A DNA stretch of 64,000 nucleotides, from assembly GCA_963664405.1 (NCBI GenBank), contig OY761158.1, positions 2,560,001-2,624,000 of the forward strand, written 5' to 3'. Shown here piece after piece: positions 1-10,310 of this stretch. Position 1 is the stretch's first letter, and each line of letters starts with the position of its first letter. Made by a program: the position numbers and the translations under genes. A model generated the notes under the pieces. It saw only the letters and a list, made by a program, of their open reading frames with translations. It was not told where the DNA came from and searched no databases. The stretch comes from Thermoanaerobaculia bacterium. Lineage in GTDB: Bacteria; Acidobacteriota; Thermoanaerobaculia; Multivoradales; Multivoraceae.

Positions 1-281
1 ACCAGAGGTTTTCCAAGCGAATAGAGTCGCACCGCCGCGCGGGCACCGGCTGCTCTGAGGCGACTGCGTGCTTCGGGGTCGTCACCGGTCATCACCGCGA
101 GGTCAAAGCCGGCGCTGAAGGAACCGGGCCGACCGGCAAGGACGATTGCCCCCGACTTCGCCTCCGCCTCGTCCAGGTGCTCGTTCACACTGCCGATCGC
201 ATCAACGGTCAAAGCGTTTCTCTTGCCATCGTCCATCACGATCAGCGCGACCTTCTCGTGGAACTCGAGTGAAATGGTCAA
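1..281 (-). CDS. Crotonase/enoyl-CoA hydratase family protein (5' part; runs off window)
   Basis: Manual translation from TTG at 281: MTISLEFHEKVALIVMDDGKRNALT...GAIVLAGRPGSFSAGFDL; crotonase motifs NAL and FSAGFDL. Confidence 0.85.
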   Translation of the reverse strand, partial: MTISLEFHEKVALIVMDDGKRNALTVDAIGSVNEHLDEAEAKSGAIVLAGRPGSFSAGFDLAVMTGDDPEARSRLRAAGARAAVRLYSLGKPL

Positions 282-422
282 CTCTTGTCTCCCTCAGCAC
301 AGTAATGTGAGCCCACACTATCAACCAAGGAACTGGACAGTACTTCGTGACAGGAAGCGATAGGGTATCGGGAGAGCCAGTCACTCTGGAACCCGAATCG
401 AATCTGACTGGAGGGAAGCTAT

Positions 423-2300
423 ATGCGTAACATCTTGCTCATCTCGCTCGCCGTCTTCACTCTACTAGCCTGTGGCTCGCCTGACAGTGACCCCAGCTCC
501 CCTGCGCCAGCCAACAGCTCTCGTGAGCCGGATTCGGGCGCAAGCGAAGTCGCGACTGGGCTCCCAAGCCAAGCCTACTTTGGCGATCTGCATGTTCATA
601 CCAGTTGGTCGACCGACGCATATGCCGGTGGCAACCGCGTCGGTCCGGCTGACGCTTACCGCTTCGCGCAGGGGGAAGCGGTCGAACTGCCCAACGGTAT
701 GGTCACGCAACTCCACGCGCCGTTGGACTTCGTCGCCCTCACCGATCACGCCGAGGGCTTTGACTCCATGGGCGCCTGCATGGTTGAAGAGCATCCTCTC
801 TATGACTCCGAGGCATGCCGGAACATGCGCTCACCGGGCGGCAACCGACAAGAAGATTACTTGCGCCTCGTCTTTGCCCGCAGCACCAGCCGACCGGCCC
901 AGCGCGACCCGGAACTATGTGCAGATAACGACGTGTGCCTCGCCGCCGCCCGCGACACCTGGCAGCGGGTACAGGCAGTTGCCAACGAGTTCGATCAGCC
1001 AGGCGAGTTCACAGCTCTGATCGGTTACGAGTTCTCTTCACTGCTGCCGCACTTCGGGATGCTGCACCGCAACGTGATCTTTCGAGGCGCAGAGGTCATT
1101 CCTCACGCCTTCTCTTCCCTCGACGTTGCCGGCCAAGCCGACTTTTTCAAGCTACTGGACCAGGCATGCCAGGCACCCTGCGAAGTGCTTACGATTCCAC
1201 ACAACACCAACTACTCCTGGGGGCTGACCTTCTCGCGAACCGATGAGGACGGCACGGAATACACCCAGGAGGATCGGCAAAGACGCGTTCGACTCGACCG
1301 TCTGGTGGAGGTCACCCAACAGAAGGGCAATTCCGAATGCCAGGTGGGTGTCGGCTTCGCCGATGAGGATTGTGATTTCGGCAACATCTTTCCCCTGTGC
1401 ACCGAGGGCGAAACCGGCCGCTGTGCCACTGAAAGCTCATTCGTACGCAACGCACTGCTCGACGGCATTCAGATGCGAAGCGAAGGCAGCGAGAACATAT
1501 TCAAGCTCGGCATGATCGGGTCGACGGATACTCACAACTCCGACCCAGGCAATACCAATCCTAAGCAGCCCACCCGATCCGCCGCGATCATGGGTGATGC
1601 CGAGGCGATCAGACAATCTTTCGTCGCAGAACACGTCGTCGTAGGCCCGTTGCGGAAAACGAGTCCTGGCGGTTTGGCCGGTGTGTGGGCCGCGGAAAAC
1701 ACGCGGACCGCCATCTTTGACGCACTGCAACGGCGTGAGGCCTTCGCTACCAGTGGTTCTCGCCTGCGTATTCGTTTCTTCGCCGGCGATCTGCCCGACG
1801 ACATTGAATCGCGTCCAGACCAGATCGAGGTGGCCTATCGGGACGGCGTACCCATGGGAGGCGATCTCGACGCCGCGCGACCCACATTCTGGGCATGGGT
1901 CATGCAGGATCCGAACAGTGCCAGCCTCGACCGAATCCAGATCATCAAAGGCTGGATCGACGAGACAGGCGCAGAGCGACAGAAGGTTTGGGACGTGGCT
2001 TGCGCTGACGGGCGTGAGCCCAATAGTGAGGGGCAGTGCCCGCCCACCAGCGCGACGGTAGATACTTCAGATTGCAGCCGCTCCGACGGGCTCGGAGCCC
2101 AAGAGCTCCAAGCCACATTCACCGACCCCGACTATTCGACTGTCCAACACGCTTTCTACTACGTACGCGCACTCGAGAACCCCACTTGCCGCTGGTCGAC
2201 ATGGGTTGCCAACAGCGCCGGGCTCGAGCCTCCAAGCGATGTACCGACCACCGAGCAACAGCGAGGCTGGTCATCACCGATTTGGGTCAGTCCAAATTAG
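423..2300 (+). CDS. DUF3604 domain (PHP-like metallohydrolase) lipoprotein
   Basis: LLAC lipobox; YFGDLHVHT, LDFVALTDH, IPHNTN, GSTDTH, GLAGVWA, YYVRALENPTCRWS motifs. Confidence 0.85.
   Translation: MRNILLISLAVFTLLACGSPDSDPSSPAPANSSREPDSGASEVATGLPSQAYFGDLHVHTSWSTDAYAGGNRVGPADAYRFAQGEAVELPNGMVTQLHAPLDFVALTDHAEGFDSMGACMVEEHPLYDSEACRNMRSPGGNRQEDYLRLVFARSTSRPAQRDPELCADNDVCLAAARDTWQRVQAVANEFDQPGEFTALIGYEFSSLLPHFGMLHRNVIFRGAEVIPHAFSSLDVAGQADFFKLLDQACQAPCEVLTIPHNTNYSWGLTFSRTDEDGTEYTQEDRQRRVRLDRLVEVTQQKGNSECQVGVGFADEDCDFGNIFPLCTEGETGRCATESSFVRNALLDGIQMRSEGSENIFKLGMIGSTDTHNSDPGNTNPKQPTRSAAIMGDAEAIRQSFVAEHVVVGPLRKTSPGGLAGVWAAENTRTAIFDALQRREAFATSGSRLRIRFFAGDLPDDIESRPDQIEVAYRDGVPMGGDLDAARPTFWAWVMQDPNSASLDRIQIIKGWIDETGAERQKVWDVACADGREPNSEGQCPPTSATVDTSDCSRSDGLGAQELQATFTDPDYSTVQHAFYYVRALENPTCRWSTWVANSAGLEPPSDVPTTEQQRGWSSPIWVSPN
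2271..2300 (+). repeat. 30-bp direct repeat copy 1 (3' end of DUF3604 gene)
   Basis: tcatcaccgatttgggtcagtccaaattag; 29/30 identical to 5726-5755. Confidence 0.9.
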
Positions 2301-2544
2301 AGAACTGCTAGCCCGAAGCGGGACGGGGACGGCACCCCAACAGCAGCGCGGATGGAGTTTCTGGTGGGACAGGAGTATATGATCGGTGAAACGTATCTTG
2401 GGCCATGGGGTCAGTGGCGAAGCCTTCGAGACTGCCTCGCCCATCTTCAGGCGGCGGTGGCTGGCAACCAGAGCCAAGGACTGAGACGGATTCGCCACAG
2501 CTCCCTCAGGCCGCGCACGCAGAGCTGACCGGAAGGAGTACTCC

Positions 2545-3084
2545 ATGCTGATTCGTCCCTCCACGAAGAGCCGACGCCAGGTCCTCATCTTCGCCTTCGC
2601 CACCATCCTGACGTTCAACGTCTGGGCCGAACAACCGCGCGGGGAGCCAAGCGAGGCGGGCCCGCCCACGCAGGGTCCGGGAGCGGCCCCGCAGGAGGTT
2701 GAGGAGAGTGCGGCGCCAGCCGAGACTCAGGACACCAGGCCCGCGCCCCTGGCCGCCGGGCTCAAAGCCTATCTCGACCCGGAGACCGGTCGACTCATCT
2801 CGTCGCCGCACCCGGACGACCCCTACACCTTGGTGCTCTCGCCGCGCGAGCTCGATCGCATGAGAACCTCCCACGAAGGCCTCGTCGAGGAGATCCGCCC
2901 CGACGGCTCGGTGCTCCTCCACACCCACCATCGCTTCATGTCCGCGAGCTTCGCGACTGTCGGCAGCGACGGACAGATCCAGGTCACTCACTCGAGCACC
3001 CTGTCGCGCGGCACCGTACCCTCCAGCGTCACGTCCGCCCCGGAAGACTCGCCGCAGCACGAGGAGAGCAGCGATGACCAGTAG
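2545..3084 (+). CDS. Secreted protein, post-PEP-CTERM-1-like/propeptide-like partner of downstream peptidase
   Basis: Signal peptide; GLKAYLDPETGRL...GLVEEIRPDGSVLL motif; overlaps next gene start. Confidence 0.6.
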   Translation: MLIRPSTKSRRQVLIFAFATILTFNVWAEQPRGEPSEAGPPTQGPGAAPQEVEESAAPAETQDTRPAPLAAGLKAYLDPETGRLISSPHPDDPYTLVLSPRELDRMRTSHEGLVEEIRPDGSVLLHTHHRFMSASFATVGSDGQIQVTHSSTLSRGTVPSSVTSAPEDSPQHEESSDDQ

Positions 3085-5637
3085 ACACCCGCTCCACCTC
3101 GCGGTCATCGCCGGTGCCCTGACAGCCCTGGCTTCGATCTCTCCGGCAGCTTGGGCCGCCCAGGTGATGATCATCAACATGGACGGGCCGGGCGAGGGCC
3201 TCAACGACCCGACCCCCGTCGCAGCGGTGCCGGGAAACCCCGCCACCACCCTCGGGCAGCAGAGGATCAACGTGGTTCATGGCCGTTGCCGACGCGATTG
3301 GCAGTGTGCTCGATTCCTCGGTGCCAATCCTGGTGGAGGTACAGTGGAGTCCCCTCAGTTGCACTCCTACCTCGGGCCTCCTGGGGCAGGCGGGCCCCAA
3401 CGACTACGACCTCGACTTTCCCAACGCCCCGCGCTCGAATACGTGGTATCCGGTGGCGCTGGCAAGCTCCCTCGCCGGCGAGGACAGAAGTCCCGGCGAG
3501 GCAGACATCTTTTCCCAGTTCAATAGCGCGGTCGACGACGATCCTGGGTGCCTGGGAGGCGACGGCTTCTGGTACGGCATCGACTCCCCCGCCCCACCAG
3601 GGCAATCCCCTCTTGCAAACACCGTGTTGCACGAGTTCATCCACGGCTTGGGCTTCATCACCCTGGTCGACCGTGAGACCGGCGAGAAGGCCCTGGGCCG
3701 CGACGACATCTTCTCGATCTCTCTCGAAGATCACAGCCTGGGGATGAACTGGCCACAGATGACCGACCAGCAGCGAGCCGCCTCGGCTCTCGATACTGGC
3801 GATCTCCATTGGGTTGGGCAGAACGTGGTCAACTCGTCGACCGCGCTCAGTAACGGAGCACACCCTTCCGGGCACGTCGAGATGCATGCGCCGGGGGAGC
3901 TAGAGCTCGGCTCCTCGGTCTCGCACTGGGCCGAGGATGTCACGCCGGACGAAATCATGGAAGCTGCGGCGACGCCCAATCCCCAGAACCTGGTGACCAA
4001 TCCCCTGCTGGAGGACTTGGGCTGGGGAGTCACGGTCGGCGAGATCGAGCCGTGCGTCGGCAGCGAGGAGGTTCTCTGTCTGAACGGCGGCCGTTTCAAG
4101 GTCGAGGTGACTTGGCGTGACTTCAAAGACCAGGTCGGAACGGGCAAAGCGGTGCCCTTCACCAACGACTCCGGCCTGTACTGGTTCTTCAGCCCCGACA
4201 ACTTCGAGATGCTGATCAAGGTGCTCACCGGCTGTGGCTTCAACAACCGTTTCTGGGTCTTCTTCGCCGCAACGACCAACGTCGAGTTCCAGGTAAAGGT
4301 GACCGACTCGGAGACCGGGGTCGTCAAGCGCTACACCAACCCCCTGTCGCAACCGGCCAACGCGGTCACCGACACCAGCGCCTTCGCGACCTGCCCGGCC
4401 TCGATCACGACCGCGACCGACGCCTACACGAACCTGGGGATCACGTCGATCGACAAAGAGGTGGCGGCGCGAGTGCAAAGGGAGCTCGCCGAAGCGCAGG
4501 CCCTGGCGATCCGGCCCACCCTGACGGCCTTGCCGGCAGGGAGGCGGCTCGCGACTCCCGGGCTGGCCGTTCTTTCTGCATCGGATGCACTCGACGTGCG
4601 TCCGGTCGATACGACCAGCCCTCGCCTCGTCCCTCGACAGGGCCCCTCCGGCTCCCGCTACGAGGTGACACCTTTTCTGACCGACGGCAGCACCATCTAT
4701 ACCATTCAGGGCAGCGGCAACGGCAACGTGGTCACCTTCGACAACAAGCGAGAAAATCTGAAGTCCTACGAACCCCTCAGCCTGAACACGATACCCCGAA
4801 TGGAAGAAACGGTGGCGAGCCTCGGGGCGAACCTGGCCCGGGGGGCTCCCTTCGAAACGCTGCGCCTGGAACTGACCATGGACACCAAGAACGGAGACGA
4901 GCTCTTCCCCGGCGGGTTCATTGGCGAGGACGAAGTAGCACTGGATAGCGGCGGTTTCGCTCTCGGCTTCCTCCAGGGCACGAACCCGCTCGATTTCGAC
5001 AACGAAGGCGTCACCGCGGCCACATTCACGCTGCATCGGCCGCAGGGATCCACACTCAACTTCGTGATACCAGAGCCGGATCTCCCTACGTTCTTCGGCC
5101 AAGGTAGCTGGTCCGGCGACCTCGCCGTTGTCTTCCCCGACATCGTCAACCGGGGCTCAGGCAGGGGTATATCCGGTGGTTTCAACCGAATGGTCGCCAC
5201 CATCGACGTCCTTGTTGAGGGCGAGGAGCCGCCGCCGGACCCAGATCCGCCGGACCCCGACCCGCCGGGCGACCCCTTCGAGTGCGTGCCCAACGCGACC
5301 ACAATGTGTCTGAACAACGATCGATTCGAAGTGACGGTCGTCTGGGAGGACTTCAGGGGGAACGTTGGCCCCGGCATGAAAACGGACATCCCCGGGATCG
5401 GGGACGTCGGGCCTGTTCTACTTCTTTCAGCCCTCCAATCTCGAGATGCTGATCAAGGTGCTCACCGGCTGTGGCTTCAACAATCACTACTGGGTATTCT
5501 TCGCGGCGACGACCAACGTGCAGTTCGATTTGACGGTTCGCGATTCCTTGACCGGTTTCTCGAAGACCTACCACAACCCGCTGCGGCAAACCGCGAATGC
5601 CATCACGGACACCGCAGCCTTCGCCACTTGTCCATAG
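3074..5637 (+). CDS. Secreted zinc metallopeptidase with two C-terminal 'CLNxxRFxVxVxW' repeat domains (frameshifts near 3279 and 5410)
   Basis: Signal peptide; HEFIHGLG (HExxH) motif; repeat domains at ~4050-4400 and ~5280-5637; ORFs 3074, 3279 and 5446 join into one protein. Confidence 0.75.
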
Positions 5638-5725
5638 ACGAGGCCCCGGAGATAGGCGCGAGCCCTTTCCCTTTCGGCTTCAGCCGGGTTGCCACTCGGA
5701 GGGAGTGCTCACCGGGAAGGGTCGC

Positions 5726-5755
5726 TCATCACCGATTCGGGTCAGTCCAAATTAG
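5726..5755 (+). repeat. 30-bp direct repeat copy 2
   Basis: tcatcaccgattcgggtcagtccaaattag. Confidence 0.9.
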
Positions 5756-5778
5756 CAAGCTTTGAAATGAGGATTGAC

Positions 5779-6462
5779 ATGACAAAGCACAGAAAGTCGG
5801 GGACTGTAATCCTGGCTCTTGCCGGGTTGTTGGGAATTGGCCTGGAAAGCGCTTTCGCTCAACTGGTCCAACTGCCGGCACAGGACTACATCGATCGGAT
5901 GGAGAGGCCCGGGCGGGTGGTGAAATTGCGGGTCGATGCAGTCATTGAAAAGCTGGGACTCGAGCCGGGAGATGTTGTGGCCGACATCGGTTCCGGCGGC
6001 GGGGCGTTTTCACTTCCGATGGCTCGCGCGATCAGTCCCGGCGGGACGCTGTACGCGGTTGACATCGACCAGGAAATGCTCGACTTCGTCAGCGAGAGAG
6101 CCGAAAAGGAAGGGGTCGGAAATATCACCACCGTCCTGGGTGAATACGACGATCCGAAGCTGCCGGTGAAGAATGTCGACGTCGCTTTTTTCCATCGCGT
6201 GCTGCACATGATCGAGCACAGGCAAGCCTACATAAACGCGGTTGCGAAGTACCTGAAACCGGACGGACGTATCGTGATCATCGACCGGAATCGCGAGGAC
6301 TCCGAAAGTTGGATGTGGCTGAACCAGTCGGATGTCGACACCTGGATGGCAGCCATCAGCTTCTATCCGGCCCAAGAATTCGAGCTCTACGACGATAGGT
6401 ATTTCGTCGTCTACCAAAGGCCCTACGGCGACAGTTTGATCCTCGAGGACGACTGGCACTGA
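5779..6462 (+). CDS. Class I SAM-dependent methyltransferase with signal peptide
   Basis: VVADIGSGGG SAM motif I; LYAVDID; LKPDGRIVIID. Confidence 0.85.
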   Translation: MTKHRKSGTVILALAGLLGIGLESAFAQLVQLPAQDYIDRMERPGRVVKLRVDAVIEKLGLEPGDVVADIGSGGGAFSLPMARAISPGGTLYAVDIDQEMLDFVSERAEKEGVGNITTVLGEYDDPKLPVKNVDVAFFHRVLHMIEHRQAYINAVAKYLKPDGRIVIIDRNREDSESWMWLNQSDVDTWMAAISFYPAQEFELYDDRYFVVYQRPYGDSLILEDDWH

Positions 6463-6568
6463 AGCGTGGCTCTCGCTTACGCCTGCGGAAATTTCTGGCG
6501 TAGTTCCCTTTCCGGATGCGCATGTCTATGTACAGCGCATCCAAACGACCTCTTGAAAGGGAGAGCTT

Positions 6569-7489
6569 ATGAACGCGACAGCATCGAAGCGTGAGGAAAG
6601 ACCGATCCGTAGGCCCGCGAGGCTTCTGGTCGCTATCGGGGCCTTGGCCATGCTCGGGAGCCTGGGTCCGGCCGGCGCCCAGGACCTGGTGAGAGCGGAG
6701 TTCCAGCAAGGAAGCGAGGTATTCCTTCACGGCACCGCCGGCGTCTACGACGACGGTTTGTCCGTCGATTGTGGCGACACCAACGGAATTCGGTTCAGCT
6801 ACGCCGATGAAACCGACACCGCCTGCGACCCCCCCGAGCTCACCAAGGGCCTCATCAGCATCCTCTCGAAGGGAGGCGCCTGGCGGCTGAGTGGAATGAA
6901 TTCCAACCCCGACGGCCGGACGCTACATCTCAACTTCCTCAAAGAGTTTGCGAGCGACGGGGCGTGCGTGGAACTCGCTAAGGTCAGCAAAGACGAGGGA
7001 GATTGCGGGTGCGACACACCGGAACCGTGCTCCGTCCACGTCTGGGTCGGCCCCGATCGGCTCTTCAAGAAGAGGGCGACCCGCCAGTCACTGGGTGGCC
7101 GATTCGACATCTTCGAAAATGGGGGGGGGCCCGAATGGCGAATCAACTGGATCGATCCTCTGTACCTCTGTGAAGATCCAGATCCGAATCACAAGGACGA
7201 CAGCAGCTGGCGAGTCATGCAGTCCGTCAGCTGTGTCGGCGACACCCCTCCCGTCGACGTCTCCCTAGCGGAGGTCGTGAGAACGAGCGACAACATCAGT
7301 ATCGGCGAGTTCTATTTGCCGATCCAGATCCGGGTGCAGCGGGTGTCGCCACCGCCGCCTGACGATCCTGGTGACCCGCCGCCTGACGATAGCTGTCCTC
7401 TCCTCCCGAAGGATGCAGACTGCGATTCGGACTCAGAGTGCTGCTCGGACAACTGCAAGGGGAAGCGGGACAACAAGACGTGCAAGTAG
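6569..7489 (+). CDS. Hypothetical secreted protein with Pro-rich linker and C-terminal 5-Cys module
   Basis: Signal peptide; PPPPDDPGDPPP linker; CPLLPKDADCDSDSECCSDNCKGKRDNKTCK tail. Confidence 0.7.
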   Translation: MNATASKREERPIRRPARLLVAIGALAMLGSLGPAGAQDLVRAEFQQGSEVFLHGTAGVYDDGLSVDCGDTNGIRFSYADETDTACDPPELTKGLISILSKGGAWRLSGMNSNPDGRTLHLNFLKEFASDGACVELAKVSKDEGDCGCDTPEPCSVHVWVGPDRLFKKRATRQSLGGRFDIFENGGGPEWRINWIDPLYLCEDPDPNHKDDSSWRVMQSVSCVGDTPPVDVSLAEVVRTSDNISIGEFYLPIQIRVQRVSPPPPDDPGDPPPDDSCPLLPKDADCDSDSECCSDNCKGKRDNKTCK

Positions 7490-7538
7490 GCACTCCAGCC
7501 CGACGAAGAGCACCCCTCAGGCTGAGATAGTGCGCAGA

Positions 7539-7575
7539 TAGCCAGAGAATGTGCAAGCAGCACATTCTCTGGCTA
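7539..7575. terminator. Perfect 16-bp hairpin between convergent genes (probable bidirectional terminator)
   Basis: tagccagagaatgtgc-aagca-gcacattctctggcta; no U-tract. Confidence 0.6.
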
Positions 7576-8541
7576 GATGTCTTTGGCGCTCGGGCTTCGG
7601 GATTCCGATGTCGAGTGTTCTCGTTCCCCCCTCAGCGGTGTATGACGGCCGCAGACAATCCCGTTACTGATCGCTTCCTGACCTTGTTCATTGAGTGCTC
7701 TGAACAAGATCCGTTTCTCACCCTCGACGATCTCTTCGGCGAGTCCTTCGACCGTGACCACAGAATCCATCAACACCATGCCGCGAAGCCGACCGCAGAG
7801 CCGGGTTATTCGGGTCGCATCACCATTGAAGGACTGATTGACGACAGCTGTCAGTGCCATCGCCTTGGTGGCGCTGCCGTGAAGGATGATGCCGGGCAGG
7901 CCGGCTGCTTTGGCGACACTGGGCTCGGTATGGATCGGATTGTAGATCTGGGCACACTCGGTGTACTGCTGGCCAGCATGCAATCCAATTGAAACTTCAG
8001 TTCGCCACCAGGGGTCTGCGGCCATTGGGGCAAATTCCGGCTTGGCCGGTTCTTCAGCGACGGCGACATCGGGACCATCCAGGGTTGCACCCCGGGTAAT
8101 ACCGTTGTAGTCGAGCTCGGCCACCAGCTCCCCGTCGCTGGCGGTCATTCGATATCTGTCGACGTTGTAGACACCGGGGCGAACCTGGCTCTTTTGAACC
8201 ATCTGACCCTGCGTCGTTATCGCCTCACCCGCTCTGAACGGTCGGTAGATACGCAGATCCGTTGAAGCATGGACACCGAAGGGAGCCGCGCGCAGATTGG
8301 CCTTCTGGTCAGGCCTGAAACGACTGGCCCATTGCAAGGAGAAACAGATGCCCGGATGGATGTTCAATCCACCGGGTCTCAGATCATCGAAATAGGCTGG
8401 ATTGGTGTCGTTGATAGCGGCCGCGTACGCCATCGTAAATCGACTATCGAGCAGCGTCGTCTTGGCAACCGTGAATGAACCAACATCCTCAGTCGTGATT
8501 AGGCCAGGGCCCGAGCCATCACTCTCCACCCTACTCACCAC
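7573..8541 (-). CDS. MaoC/double hot-dog dehydratase
   Basis: YNPIHTEPSVAKAAGLPGIILHG hydratase-2-like motif. Confidence 0.85.
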   Translation of the reverse strand: MVSRVESDGSGPGLITTEDVGSFTVAKTTLLDSRFTMAYAAAINDTNPAYFDDLRPGGLNIHPGICFSLQWASRFRPDQKANLRAAPFGVHASTDLRIYRPFRAGEAITTQGQMVQKSQVRPGVYNVDRYRMTASDGELVAELDYNGITRGATLDGPDVAVAEEPAKPEFAPMAADPWWRTEVSIGLHAGQQYTECAQIYNPIHTEPSVAKAAGLPGIILHGSATKAMALTAVVNQSFNGDATRITRLCGRLRGMVLMDSVVTVEGLAEEIVEGEKRILFRALNEQGQEAISNGIVCGRHTPLRGEREHSTSESRSPSAKDI

Positions 8542-8550
8542 CCCTCTTCA

Positions 8551-9594
8551 CTACATCTGGCGCGCGATCTCGACCACCCTTCCGAGGGTATCGAGCCTGG
8601 CGCCGGCATCGTCGCCGATCGGGTGGAGGGTCAACTGGGTGATGCCGGCGTCGCGATACTTTTGGAGCCTCTCGCGCACATGGGCTTCGTCGCCGAGGAT
8701 TGCGGTGCCTTGCACCATGTGATCCGGTACCGCTCGCACCGCCTCCTCACGTTTGCCGGAGAGCCAGAGCTCACGCACCTCCCGGCAGGGCTTCTCGAAC
8801 CCGGAGCGCGCGTGCGCGTCGTTGTAGAAGTTCATCGTCGGCGAGCCCATCGCAGAGAGCTGAAATGCCAGCTGCTTCTTCACAGCGGGAAAGTGCTTCT
8901 CGGGGTCGCTGGTGATGGCGACGGAGGTATTGACGCCGAGCGCGAGATCGTCGAGCTTCCTTCCTGCACTCTCGGCCCCCCGTCGGAGGTGCTCCATATG
9001 GGCCTCGGGTTGGTCGGGAGTGAAACATGTACCGAGCCAGCCGTCGGCGATGGCGCCGGTCATCTCGAGGGCGCGCGGCGTCAGGGTCGCGAGATAGATC
9101 GGGATGTCGGCGGGTGGCTGGGCGAGGCGCAACGCCTTTCCCAATCCACCCGGCCGGGGAAGTGGAAACGCCCATCCGTCGTACTCGAGCTTCTCTCCTC
9201 GGCAGGCCATGCGAACGATCTCCACCATTTCGCGCATTCGGGTCAGCGGCCGATCGAAGGGTTGTCCATGTAGACCCTCGACGACCTGGGGACCCGAATT
9301 GCCGAAACCGAGCAGGAAACGGCCGTTCGTGATGGTGACCATGGCGAGGGCCGTCATGGCGGTGGATGCGGGCGTGCGGGCACAGACCTGCATGATTCCG
9401 GTGCCGAGCTTGATTCGCTCGGTTACGGCGGCCAGATAGGCGAGGGGCGAAACTGCATCCATTCCCCAGGCCTCGGCGCTCCATGCCTGATCGACGCCGA
9501 GCTTGTCGGCTTCGATCGTGAAGGCGAGCATCTCCTCGAACTGCTCGCGACCTCCAGTCGTCGGTCCTCCAACGCGGATACCTATCTTCATCAT
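8551..9594 (-). CDS. LLM class (F420/flavin-dependent) oxidoreductase
   Basis: WSAEAWGMDA, IKLGTGIMQ, GRFLLGFGNSGPQVVEGLHG. Confidence 0.9.
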   Translation of the reverse strand: MMKIGIRVGGPTTGGREQFEEMLAFTIEADKLGVDQAWSAEAWGMDAVSPLAYLAAVTERIKLGTGIMQVCARTPASTAMTALAMVTITNGRFLLGFGNSGPQVVEGLHGQPFDRPLTRMREMVEIVRMACRGEKLEYDGWAFPLPRPGGLGKALRLAQPPADIPIYLATLTPRALEMTGAIADGWLGTCFTPDQPEAHMEHLRRGAESAGRKLDDLALGVNTSVAITSDPEKHFPAVKKQLAFQLSAMGSPTMNFYNDAHARSGFEKPCREVRELWLSGKREEAVRAVPDHMVQGTAILGDEAHVRERLQKYRDAGITQLTLHPIGDDAGARLDTLGRVVEIARQM

Positions 9595-9640
9595 CGCTCC
9601 TTCTCATGGCTCCAGAAGAGGAGGGCCATCGTATCGCGCT

Positions 9641-9730
9641 GGTCCCACCCGAATATTCTGCCATCCCGACGGAGGGATCTGCGGACAGGCGTTCAGCACA
9701 CAGGAGTGAGCGCGAACGCCCAGAATCCAG
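9641..9730 (+). repeat. REP-like repeat, copy A (degenerate)
   Basis: ggtcccacccgaatattctgcc...ggagggat...cgcgaacgccca aligns with 38341-38423 and 42858-42933. Confidence 0.65.
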
Positions 9731-9809
9731 CTGCTGCCCTCTTGGCAGAACACGCACTCACCTGAGACGATAGGGTAAACCCCAGCGGCGCCTTGCAAGA
9801 AGGGAGCAG

Positions 9810-10310
9810 ATGATGAGTTACGAGATTCGTGTCAACGGCCAGACGGCGAGGGTCGATGTAGCCTCGGACACGCCACTCCTGTGGGTGCTACGAGACGAGC
9901 TGGGGCTCAAAGGAACGAAGTACGGATGCGGCATCGCCGAGTGTGGCGCATGCACGGTGCTCGTGGACGGCAAGCCCACGCGGTCGTGTCGGCTCCAGAT
10001 CCGCCGGGCCGAGGGTGCCGAGATCGAAACGATCGAGAGCCTCTCGCCCGACGGCACCCACCCGCTACAGCTCGCCTGGGTGGCGGAACAGGTTCCGCAG
10101 TGCGGCTATTGCCAGTCGGGAATGCTGATGACCTCGGCGGCCCTACTGCGAGCCAACCCGAGCCCGAGCGACGCGGACATCGATACAGCGGTCACCAACA
10201 TCTGCCGCTGCGGGACCTACCCACGGGTTCGAGCCGCCATTCATCGCGCGGTGGGCGAGATGACGCCGACCCCGACAGGGTCGGACGACCAAGGGACGAC
10301 AGGATCATGA
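9810..10310 (+). CDS. iorA: (2Fe-2S)-binding small subunit, isoquinoline 1-oxidoreductase alpha-like
   Basis: [16 protein letters not shown]; QCGYCQSG; NICRCGTY. Confidence 0.85.
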   Translation: MMSYEIRVNGQTARVDVASDTPLLWVLRDELGLKGTKYGCGIAECGACTVLVDGKPTRSCRLQIRRAEGAEIETIESLSPDGTHPLQLAWVAEQVPQCGYCQSGMLMTSAALLRANPSPSDADIDTAVTNICRCGTYPRVRAAIHRAVGEMTPTPTGSDDQGTTGS

